Shown here: positions 25,834 through 37,026 of the stretch, piece by piece
How the letters are laid out: every line of letters begins with the position of its first letter
How positions within the stretch are numbered: the first letter of the stretch is position 1
From: Paraspadella gotoi
Lineage: Eukaryota; Animalia; Chaetognatha
Direction: 5' to 3'
Assembly: GCA_051294375.1 (NCBI GenBank)
Contig: JBJCIZ010000560.1
Location: forward strand, 1 to 44,230
Length of the DNA: 44,230 nucleotides
The notes under the pieces: model-generated
Seen by the model: the letters and a program-made list of their open reading frames with translations, nothing else
Told to the model about the DNA's origin: nothing
The model's database searches: none
Made by a program: the position numbers and the translations under genes

Positions 25834-28792
25834 ATGGGCAAAAGAAAAACTATAACTCAGTGTTTATATGCCCTGGCGAAGAAGCGCCAAAAGAGGACAA
25901 CCTGCCAAGGTTTCCTCCATCTCTCCCACCTCAGACGGCCTGCGGAGTCGATCAGCCTGTGCAAAGCCTCTCGAGATCTCCTCTTGCACGCCCGCCAGCT
26001 TCGACTTCAGCACCACCGTCTGTGCCGGACATCGAGGTCAGAGAAATAAAGTTGCCAGATGACATAAACCTCAAGGAGCTGCTTGTCAACATCAAGACAT
26101 TCCTCAATTCAAAAGCAAAGTTCCTGCAACAATCACGACGGATAAATCGCGCTACCAGGAATATGAATTTAACGAAATGTGTAAATGCCTTAAACTCGAA
26201 ACTATATCGTCGACAAAGATTATTCATGTCCGTAGCCATTCCGACGATAGGGAGGCAGGCGCGTACTACGATACGCTCCTTGCCAATCCAACTCGTCATA
26301 TTCTTATGGGATTCGACATAGAGGGAAGTGTCGCGACGGTTCAATTGTCTGCAGAAGCTGGAAAGAAAGAGTCAACGTAGTGTACCACTAAAATCCTCGG
26401 TTGCTGAACATTGCCTGCGCCAAGGCATACCCACAAACTTACGAAGAATGCTTCAACACGAAGAAGTAATTTTCACTGGCAAGAATGTGAAAGAAGATTT
26501 GATAGAGTTATGTGGTACACTCTCCATCAATGCAGACAAAGTTAAATACTTGGAAGTGACTGATCTGTATGGTTTGTGCCAAAGTCTTGCCGAAGGCCCT
26601 CGTCATTTGTACCATTTTGTCCATTCAGGACATGGGTAAGAGAGTTTCAGGTCTCCCTTGCGTATTTCTTTAATTTCGCCTTCCAAGATCGTTTCTTGGA
26701 TAAAAAGAATTTTCATCGGGACCATACCTCAGATTTCGCGGAAGAGCGAGCTCCACTTTCGCCGCAACAGCTCGCATATGCTGCATTAGATGCTCGGGCA
26801 TCAAGGGATGCCGTCCAGCGCTTACTTGGACTGCTCGGACTCAAACCAGATGCCCTTTCGCGATCGATTGGCGATGTGGCTTTCCCAATCATTGGCATGC
26901 TCGACGTTGTGAAAGCTTATGTGGAAGACAAACCGCGCAACTTGTTCGAAAAGCCGGCGTTGCCGCGCTTAAAAGATGCGAATCGTTCTTCAGAATGCGC
27001 GTGACCACTGCTGAGAGGGAGGAGTATGTGCGTCGATTAAGGAAGCAAATCGCAGTGATAAAATTGAAAGAAATTCGAACAGGAAAGAGAATCGAGATCG
27101 TGTACGTCGAGGATGACCCTACCGACGGTTTAGGTCAATATCCTGCCCTTTCTTCGCCCGTGATGTTTCAAGTCGACGAACTCGACAATTCTGACATGAC
27201 GCCTCCCCAGCCAAGGTTAAAAAGTCGCTGGTCTCGGATTCGATCATTCGTCTTCCGCCACGGAGGTTTGCGAGATTCCTGCTCCTACCTCAACATCTGT
27301 GCCAGCTAAAACGTCGAAAAATAAGTCTAGAGTTGTAAAAACTGGATCAACCGTACGTAAGTCCTCGTCCCGCGCTACGCGTGAGGCAAGGTCTTCACAT
27401 CCGGACCGCGATTTTGCAGCAGCGCAAGTTCTTAGTCAAATGCATCTCGCCGACTTTCGTCAGTATTTGAACAAAAGACAAGCGCCCACTGCTTCCGAAA
27501 GGATTAAAGCATGGATCGGGATTTCTCTCTCATATGCCTATGAGAAAACAAAACAACCGGCGAAAAGCTTACGCCCTTGCTCGCATCATGATGAGTTTCT
27601 TCTCAGCCGGACGACTCAACGATTTTATCGGGGCTATACTCGACGCCAAGATCTTCGGTGCGAGTCACCTCCATTCTCTCGTCCAGATGAAGTATTTCTC
27701 TTGCTCTGCGATGGTACTTCTGGATTACTTCCTCAATGGCGATGGACGCACGAATATGCTGAAAGCTGCTGCGCTACAGTTCGACCAGGCAGAGATTTCT
27801 TCAGTTATTGGTTTTGTATCCCTCTCTTACAAGCGAAAAGATCAAATCATACTGAAATTACGGTCAACAGGTTTCTATCCGAAGTTGAAAGACATTAGCG
27901 ACTTTGAAGACAAATTCTCTAATTACAGAGTGGGCCGTTTTATTCGAACTTGTTCTGAAGCGGCAAAACTGCATTGTCTCGCCATTACTACCACATTATT
28001 TGCAAGTCACGTACCGACATTCTCATGGAGTCGTTTCTGCGTGGAGAGATTGAAGAGAACGATATGTACTTTCCGTGCAAAGCCATCGCGATTGGTGAAA
28101 ATCATCTGTTCGAAGCTTGCGTGTCGCGCGTGGCTGAGTTACACTCGCCGCTCGCTTCTCTTCTTTTACGATTGCGAGGTTCTCCCGTGAGAACTTTCCT
28201 CCAGCAAAATTCGACGCGTTTTCCCCATCATGTGCCAGCCCTTCAATAAAGATCTTCATGATCTTCCTATCAGGCTGCGAGGGAAGAGAACGGACGGTTT
28301 GCTCGTTGTGGAAAAGGACGAACTAAAACGCTTTCAGAAGGCCCTGTCTAGATCAAAAGATTTCGCAATTATCTATCATCGTCCTTTGCCTGGATTAGAG
28401 AAGACAGATGTGGATTTCTTATCAATCCTTTGCGACTGGCAAATCTTTCATTTTGCCCCAGGCAAAAATCGCGACATCTGCAAAGGAATGATTAAGACGC
28501 TAGACGCCTATCCAGATTGTCGCCTCCTTACCTTCAAGAGAGTTCGCTCTTCGATTTCTTCAGACGCGAATTCTCATGGTCCCCTACCAACTGGGTAGAT
28601 GCGGAGACCATTTGCACTGAACGTGGATGGGAGGCAACAATGGAAACAATCTCAAGAAAGATCACCGGAGGTTCCTTTTGTCCGCGTGGTTTAAATTTCC
28701 ATGGAAACGCGCGGCCCTCATCAATCGCCCTCTTCCATCGCTCGATCACTACACTGCTTGTCCAGAGATTTTGCGTCCTTTATTCGTCATAG
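25834..28792 (+). CDS. Exonuclease cargo ORF, copy D (frameshifted)
   Basis: Fragments match the 989-aa ORF from MGKRKTITQC to (R/L)YSS-stop. Confidence 0.9.
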
Positions 28793-28836
28793 GATCCCTA
28801 TTGGTCGGGTCGACCAATTTAGAAAGGGGTAAGGAA

Positions 28837-29259
28837 TGTTGGAGACAAATTCGTGTGGACGTCGATGGAATCGAGATGGAATCGAGATGAGTCGAGATGG
28901 AACCGATCCACTACGAACATTATAAACTGTGTTTAAATATAAAACATTGTCTTTATCGTGTTGTTAATTATCATTTATTGATCTGTTTTACTTTACAGTG
29001 AAATGAGTACCGTGTTGTATCGATAAATGATAAGTGTCAGAATACGTAGAATACAAGGTTCTAGGCAAGCGTCTCCTCATGGCATTGTGTGCTTCTGTCT
29101 TCTCTCAGATCCATACATTATAAGACGTTGCTTCTGTCGACCGCGCCGCCCGAACAGACCCAGTTTGGAGGACGTCGTTGGAGACCCGATGCAACCCCGC
29201 TCTGAATGATGTGAGCCACCTTCGCCCACTGGCGATTCTCCATAAATCCGCCTCCAACA
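28837..29259 (+). repeat. 3' LTR of copy D (423 bp)
   Basis: TG...CA ends with an 8-bp terminal inverted repeat TGTTGGAG/CTCCAACA; preceded by the PPT AGAAAGGGGTAAGGAA. Confidence 0.95.
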
Positions 29260-31207
29260 GTAGGGCCAAAAAATGGTAATGACAGCGAGAGAAGTAATGG
29301 AGAAAGAGGAAGAGAAAAATATAAAGTAAGAGAAGAAAAGAGGTGAAGAAAAATAATCAGGANNNNNNNNNNNNNNNNNNNNNNNNNGGCAAGTCTTGGA
29401 CAGATCATTTGCCTTATGTCGAATGGACCTATAATACTACATCAATTGCGAAAAATGATATGACACCTTTCTTACTCTTCTTTGGAAGACCACCTCCTTT
29501 GCCACAATTATCTATTGGTGGCGAAGTTAAAGTTAAACATAGAACTCTAAACGAGTATGTCCAAAATATGCGAAAGAAGTAGAACTAGTTAAGGAAGAAG
29601 CATCTTCAAAAGAGAAGAAAAGAAGAACAAAAGAAGAAGAGTATCATAATAGAAAAGCTAAAGGCTCTCACCTTGAAGTTGGAGATAGAGTGTATGAACG
29701 TATCCCAGATGAAAGGCGTAATAAGCTTGAGCCAAGATGGCGTGGCCCATTAATCGTCAAAGAAAGATGCACATATCCTAAAGGAGGCCCAGGAACCTCC
29801 TATATTTGTGAAGATAACATTGGAAAGAAAGTGCGTAGAAATCGGGAACAATTAAAAATTGTTAACGCGAAATATAATGAGTTGATGAAAGTCCCACTTT
29901 CAAAGGAAGAACCTAAATCCCAGTCAGTTGGTTTGCTGTTATTAATGCATCAAACAAGAGCTCAGATATCCCCACACCAGCTGAGCCATCTGCTGAAGGT
30001 ACAATCCAATTGGCAGAGACTGAGAATGCCCTTCCATCAGAAAACCTTGATGATGCTGTTCAAGCTCTTCAAGCTGCAACGCGAGGTTACGTGGACTTCT
30101 GCCCGAAGAACCGGAACAAGATACAAATCCCACATCAGAAGCCATACCTCCAGAGGATTCTGATATTATACTTTTGGAAGTGAGTTATACTACCCCAAAT
30201 GAAGACGAAGAAAACGCCGAAGCCCGTAGAAAAACCCAAAGACGTAAGTTAGCTCATGCTAAAAGACGTTCTACCTCTACGCCTAACACAAGAAATAGAG
30301 CAAGATCCAAAACTAGAAGTACTACAGAAGCAAGCAAATTATTCGTAACAGTATGACTAAGATTCGAAATGCTTCTGAAACAATAATTCTCGATTCTCAG
30401 AAACAATTACTATTGATTCTTCTAGAAATCGAACAGGATCATTTGACGAAGTCTTTTCCCCTTTCACTGAAAACGATCTGGTGAATGGAGGAGTTACCAC
30501 TCCAGAAAATCTAATCTAACCGAATACCCATAAGAATGACTCAACCACCCCCTCACCCATTAGTACAAAGTATGTTACAAAGGAAACCTAAATCAGGTAG
30601 TTCCGAAAGTATTGCAACAAGACAAAGCGAGAGAATCAGATCAAAAACCTAAGCAAACTCCTTTGCTAGCAAGTACTCCTAAAAACAAGGAGTAATCAGT
30701 AATTAGTAATTAGTTTCATAGATATTCCATGATTCCAGACATAGTTTTTAGAATGGAATAAACTAGATATGATTTAGCATCAAACCCACGAAATAAAGTA
30801 GCTATGATTTTAACAACAAACTCTTCAATATTGGATCCAATCACTACAACATAAGCTCAAAAACCAGATAATTTGCGAATCACTGAACAACTACAACATT
30901 GGCCATGTGAGCTAAATAAAACAAGAATTTTATTTTTGTATGCATGTTTGGAATGGATGATCTTCCTTTTGCTGAAGTACGAATGATTCATAGAATAATT
31001 AATGTGATTCAAAATTAACAAAGTCCTGCAGGCCTCTTCATTTTCTATATATTTCAATTTTGTTTTGTTTTGGCTTATAAACCAGTGCTTTATAGCTTGT
31101 TAGGTTTTGCTGTTAGTGATTTTATTAACGAGATTTGAGCTGTTCAATTTAATTAACTTGATTTCAAAATATCTTCTTAGATACAGTCAAATAAGTCTTT
31201 TCTCATC

Positions 31208-34159
31208 ATGGGCAAAAGAAAAACTATAACTCAGTGTTTATATGCCCTGGCGAAGAAGCGCCAAAAGAGGACAACCTGCCAAGGTTTCCTCCATCTCTCA
31301 CCTCAGACGGCCTGCGGAGTCGATCAGCCTGTGCAAAGCCTCTCGAGATCTCCTCTTGCACGCCCGCCAGCTTCGACTTCAGCACCACCGTCTGTGCCGG
31401 ACATCGAGGTCAGAGAAAATAAAGTTGCCAGATGACATAAACCTCAGAGCTGCTGTCAACATCAACGACATTCCTCAATTCAAAAGCAAAGTTCCTGCAA
31501 CAATCACGACGGATAAATCGCGCTACCAGGAAATATGAATTTAACGAAATGTGTAAATGCCTTAAACTCGAAACTATATCGTCGACAAAGATTATTCATG
31601 TCCGTAGCCATTCCGACGATAGGGAGGCAGGCGCGTACTACGATACGCTCCTTGCCAATCCAACTCGTCATATTCTTATGGGATTCGACATAGAGGGAAG
31701 TGTCGCGACGGTTCAATTGTCTGCAGAAGCTGGAAAGGAAGAAGTCAACGTAGTGTACCAGCTAAAATCCTCGGTTGCTGAACATTGCCTGCGCCAAGGC
31801 ATACCCACAAACTTACGAAGAATGCTTCAACACGAAAGAGTAATTTTCACTGGCAAGAATGTGAAAGAAGATTTGATAGAGTTATGTGGTACACTCTCCA
31901 TCAATGCAGACAAAGTTAAATACTTGGAAGTGACTGATCTGTATGGTTTGTGCCAAAGTCTTGCCGAAGGCCCTCGTCATTTGTACCATTTTGTCAATTC
32001 AGGACAATGGGTAAGAGAGTTTCAGTCTCCCTTGCGTATTTCTTTAATTTCGCCTTCCAAGATCGTTTCTTGGATAAAAGAAGTTTTCATCGGGACCATA
32101 CCTCAGATTTCGCGGAAGAGCGAGCCCCACTTTCGCCGCAACAGCTCGCATATGCTGCATTAGATGCTCGCGCATCAAGGGATGCCGTCCAGCGCTTACT
32201 TGGACTGCTCGGACTCAAACCAGATGCCCTTTCGCGATCGATTGGCGATGTGGCTTTCCCAATCATTGGCATGCTCGACGTTGTGAAAGCTTATGTGGAA
32301 GACAAACCGCGCAACTTGTTCGAAAAGCCGGCGTTGCCGCGCTTAAAAGATGCGAATCGTTCTTCAAGATCGCCGTGACCACTGCTGAGAGGGAGGAGTA
32401 TGTGCGTCGATTAAGGAAGCAAATCGCAGTGATAAAATTGAAAGAAATTCGAACAGGAAAGAGAATCGAGATCGTGTACGTCGAGGATGACCCTACCGAC
32501 GGTTTAGGTCAATATCCTGCCCTTTCTTCGCCCGTGATGTTTCAAGTCGACGATTCGACAATTCTGACATGACGCCTCCCCCAGCCAAGGTTAAAAAGTC
32601 GCTGGTCTCGGATTCGATTCATTCGTCTTCCGCCACGGAGGTTTGCGAGATTCCTGCTCCTACCTCAACATCTGTGCCAGCTAAAACGTCGAAAAATAAG
32701 TCTAGAGTTGTAAAAACTGGATCAACCGTACGTAAGTCCTCGTCCCGCGCTACGCGTGAGGCAAGGTCTTCACATCCGGACCGCGATTTTGCAGCAGCGC
32801 AAGTTCTTAGTCAAATGCATCTCGCCGACTTTCGTCAGTATTTGAACAAAAGACAAGCGCCCACTGCTTCCGAAAGGATTAAAGCATGGATCGGGATTCT
32901 CTCTCATATGCCTATGAGAAAACAAACAACCGGCGAAAAGCTACGCCCTTGCTCGCATACATGATGAGTTTCTTCTCAGCCGGACGACTCAACGATTTTA
33001 TCGGGGCTATACTCGACGCCAAGATCTTCGGTGCGAGTCACCTCCATTTTCTCGTCCAGATGAAGTATTTCTCTTGCTCTGCGATGGTACTTCTGGATTA
33101 CTTCCTCAATGCGGATGGACGCACGAATATGCTGAAGCTGCTGCGCTACAGTTCGACCAGGCAGAGATTTCTTCAGTTATTGGTTTTGTATCCCTCTCTT
33201 ACAAGCGAAAAGATCAAATCATACTGAAATTACGGTCAACAGGTTTCTATCCGAAGTTGAAAGACATTAGCGACTTTGAAGACAAATTCTCTAATTACAG
33301 AGTGGGCCGTTTTATTCGAACTTGTTCTGAGCGGCAAAATGCCATTGTCTCGCCATTACTACCACATTATTTGCAAGTCACGTACCGACATCTCATGGAG
33401 TCGTTCTTGCGTGGAGAGATTGAAGAGAACGATATGTACTTCTCGTGCAAAGCCATCGCGATTGGTGAAAATCATCTGTTCGAAGCTTGCGTGTCGGCGT
33501 GGCTGAGTTACACTCGCCGCTCGCTTCTCTTCTTTTACGATTGCGAGGTTCTCCCCGTGAGAACTTTCCTCCAGCAAAATTCGACGCGTTTTCCATCATG
33601 TGCCAGCCCTTCAATAAAGATCTTCATGATCTTCCTATCAGGCTGCGAGGGAAGAGAACGGACGGTTTGCTCGTTGTGGAAAAGGACGAACTAAAACGCT
33701 TTCAGAAGGCCCTGTCTAGATCAAAAGATTTCGCAATTATCTATCATCGTCCTTTGCCTGGATTAGAGAAGACAGATGTGGATTTCTTATCAATCCTTTG
33801 CGACTGGCAAATCTTTCATTTTGCCCCAGGCAAAAATCGCGACATCTGCAAAGGAATGATTAAGACGCTAGACGCCTATCCAGATTGTCGCCTCCTTACC
33901 TTCAAGAGAGTTCCGCTCTTCGATTTCTTCAGACGCGATTTCTCATGGTCCCCTACCAACTGGGTAGATGCGGAGACCATTTGCACTGAACGTGGATGGG
34001 AGGCAACAATGGAAACAATTCAAGAAAGATCACCGGAGGTTCCTTTTGTCCGCGTGGTTTAAATTTCCATGGAAACGCGCGGCCCTCATCAATCGCCCTC
34101 TTCCATCGCTCGATCAACTACTGCTTGTCCAGAGATTTTGCGTCCGTTATTCGTCATAG
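31208..34159 (+). CDS. Exonuclease cargo ORF, copy E (frameshifted)
   Basis: Fragments 31549-32163, 31950-32378, 32569-32964, 33074-33694 and 33487-34062 match the 989-aa ORF. Confidence 0.9.
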
Positions 34160-34202
34160 ATCCCTATTGGTCGGGTCGACCAATTTAGAAAGGGGTAAGG
34201 AA

Positions 34203-34626
34203 TGTTGGAGACAAATTTGGGTCGTGGAAGTGAATCGATGGAATCGAGATGGAATCGAGATGGAACCGATCCACTACGAACATTATAAACTGTGTTTAAA
34301 TATAAAACATTGTTTTTTATCGTGTTGTTAATTATCATTTATTGATCTGTTTTACTTTACAGTGAAATGAGTACCGTGTTGTTATCGATAAATGATAAGT
34401 GTCAGAATACGTAGAATACAGAGTTCTAGGCAAGCGTCTCCTCATGGCATTGTGTGCTTCTGTCTTCTCTCAGATCCATACATTATAAGACTGTTGCTTC
34501 TGTCGACCCGCGCCCCGAACAGACCCAGTTTGGAGGACGTCGTTGGAGACCCGATGCAACCCGCGCTCTGAATGATGTGAGCCACCTTCGCCCACTGGCG
34601 ATTCTCCATAAATCCGCCTCCAAACA
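34203..34626 (+). repeat. 3' LTR of copy E
   Basis: TGTTGGAGAC after the PPT; ends CGCCTCCAAACA (one extra A). Confidence 0.92.
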
Positions 34627-34799
34627 TAAGATGATTGGAAAGTGGTTTGTGGGTAAAAGATTGGAAAGTGGATTTGATGGGTATCGATACGGGAAGGGGG
34701 GAAAGCCAAGAAAATAGAAATGGTGGCTTTGGAGGGTAGAAATCTAATCAAGAATTTGAATTATAAAAAAACTGCTCCGTGCTCATGGCTGGATGTCTA

Positions 34800-35299
34800 A
34801 AACATGGAACTCGTCCTCCAATACCTCAGCGGTGTCCTTTCGGTCCTTTCGACTGACGGAACTTGTGGCCAGGAAAACGTCTTTCTGATGTGCTTGATTC
34901 GCGCCATCATCTTTCCCTGTGTTTGTGATGTGATGCCGGGATATTCCGTTCGGCCGGACGGGTCAACCAACGCGCCCGATGCCGGTTGAGACGAAGACGC
35001 AAAGACGCAGTCCTCGGGAGTATCGTTTCCGCTCCAAAGTCTTGACACAATTTAGTAAAATTCAATTAAAATAATTAGTAAAGTAATAAAACTAATCAAC
35101 TAATTGAACCTGGAAATGTTGTCCTTGGACGAAGTGACGAGGACGTTTGCCACGGAGCCCCTCGGCATGTACTTTGCTCCGTGTCGTCTCCCACTGAAAC
35201 CCGTGACGGCGCGGGGATGAGCCACGTAAGAACGAAAGAAAAATGGGTTCTCTCCCGGTAAGCTGGCCGGAGGACAAAAGGAAAGCCTGGGAATTACGG
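34800..35299 (-). CDS. DMXL: Two exons of a DmX-like / Rabconnectin-3 alpha WD-repeat gene (35299-35110 and 35040-~34800), partial, with indels
   Basis: Translation across indels gives FSFSYVAHPRAVTGF..KYMPRGSVANVLVTSSKDNISR|LWAETILPEDC, matching the recalled DMXL1/2 motif FSFVYLAHPRAVTGFSWRKTSKYMPRGSVCNVLLTSC.D..CRLWAETLLPEDC. GT-AG intron at 35109-35041. The end of the second exon is uncertain. Confidence 0.88.
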
Positions 35300-37026
35300 N
35301 NNNNNNNNNNNNNNNNNNNNNNNNATTATCTATTGGTGGCGAAGTTAAAGTTAAACATAGAACTCTAAACGAGTATGTCCAAAATATGCGAAAGAAGGTA
35401 GAACTAGTTAAGGAAGAAGCATCTTCAAAAGAGAAGAAAAGAAGAACAAAAGAAGAAGAGTATCNNNNNNNNNNNNNNNNAGGCTCTCACCTTGAAGTTG
35501 GAGATAGAGTGTATGAACGTATCCCAGATGAAAGGCGTAATAAGCTTGAGCCAAGNNNNNNNNNNCCATTAATCGTCAAAGAAAGATGCACATATCCTAA
35601 AGGAGGCCCAGGAACCTCCTATATTTGTGAAGATAACATTGGAAAGAANNNNNNNNNNAATCGGGAACAATTAAAAATTGTTAACGCGAAATATAATGAG
35701 TTGATGAAAGTCCCACTTTCAAAGGAAGAACCTAAATTCCAGTAGTTGGTTTGCTGTTATTAATGCATCAAACAAGAGCTCAGATATCCCCACACCAGCT
35801 GAGCCATCTGCTGAAGGTACAATCCAATTGGCAGAGAGAGAGAATGCCCTTCCATCAGAAAACCTTGATGATGCTGTTCAAGCTCTTCAAGCTGCAACAG
35901 CGAGGTTACGTGGACTTCTGCCCGAAGAACCGGAACAAGATACGAATCCCACATCAGAAGCCATACCTCCAGAGGATTCTGATATTATACTTTTGGAAGT
36001 GAGTTATACTACCCCAAATGAAGACGAAGAAAACGCCGAAGCCCGTAGAAAACCCAAAGACGTAAGTTAGCTCATGCTAAAAGACGTTCTACCTCTACGC
36101 CTAACACAAGAAATAGAGCAAGATCCAAAACTAGAAGTACTACAGAAGCAAGCCAAATTATTCGTAACAGTATGACTAAGATTCGAAATNNNNNNNNNNC
36201 AATAATTCTCGATTCTCAGGAAACAATTACTATTGATTCTTCTAGAAATCGAACAGGATCATTTGACGAAGTCTTTTCCCCTTTCACTGAAAACGATCTG
36301 GTGAATGGAGGAGTTTACCACTCCAGAAAATCTATCTAAACCGAATACCCATAAGAATGACTCAACCACCCCCTCACCCATTAGTACAAAGTATGTTACA
36401 AAGGAAACCTAAATCAGGTAGTTCCGAAAGTATTGCAACAAGACAAAGCGAGAGAATCAGATCAAAACCTAAGCAAACTCCTTTGCTAGCAAGTACTCCT
36501 AAAAACAAGGAGTAATCAGTAATTAGTAATTAGTTTCATAGATATTCCATGATTCCAGACATAGTTTTTAGAATGGAATAAACTAGATATGATTTAGCAT
36601 CAAACCCACGAAATAAAGTAGCTATGATTTTAACAACAAACTCTTCAATATTGGATCCAATCACTACAACATAAGCTCAAAACCAAGCTAATTTGCGAAT
36701 CACTGAACAACTACAACATTGGCCATGTGAGCTAAATAAAACAAGAATTTTATTCTTGTATGCATGTTTGGAATGGATGATCTTCCTTTTGCTGAAGTAC
36801 GAATGATTCATAGAATAATTAATGTGATTCAAAATTAACAAAGTCCTGCAGGCTCTTTCATTTTCTATATATTTCTATTTGTTTTGTTTTGGCTTATAAA
36901 CCAGTGCTTTATAGCTTGTTAGGTTTTGCTGTTAGTGATTTTATTAACGAGATTTGAGCTGTTCAATTTAATTAACTTGATTTCAAAATATCTTCTTAGA
37001 TACAGTCAAATAAGTCTTTTCTCATC

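Larger units (their letters stand above)
23825..29259 (+). mobile_element. Gypsy copy D: integrase core to 3' LTR
   Basis: Starts at GPPKRLTSDNGGEF. pol tail stop at 25282, cargo ORF 25834-28792 (frameshifted), PPT 28821-28836, LTR 28837-29259. Confidence 0.95.
29388..34626 (+). mobile_element. Gypsy copy E: integrase C-terminal half to 3' LTR
   Basis: Begins after a 25-N gap at GKSWTDHLPY; near-identical to copy D. Confidence 0.95.
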
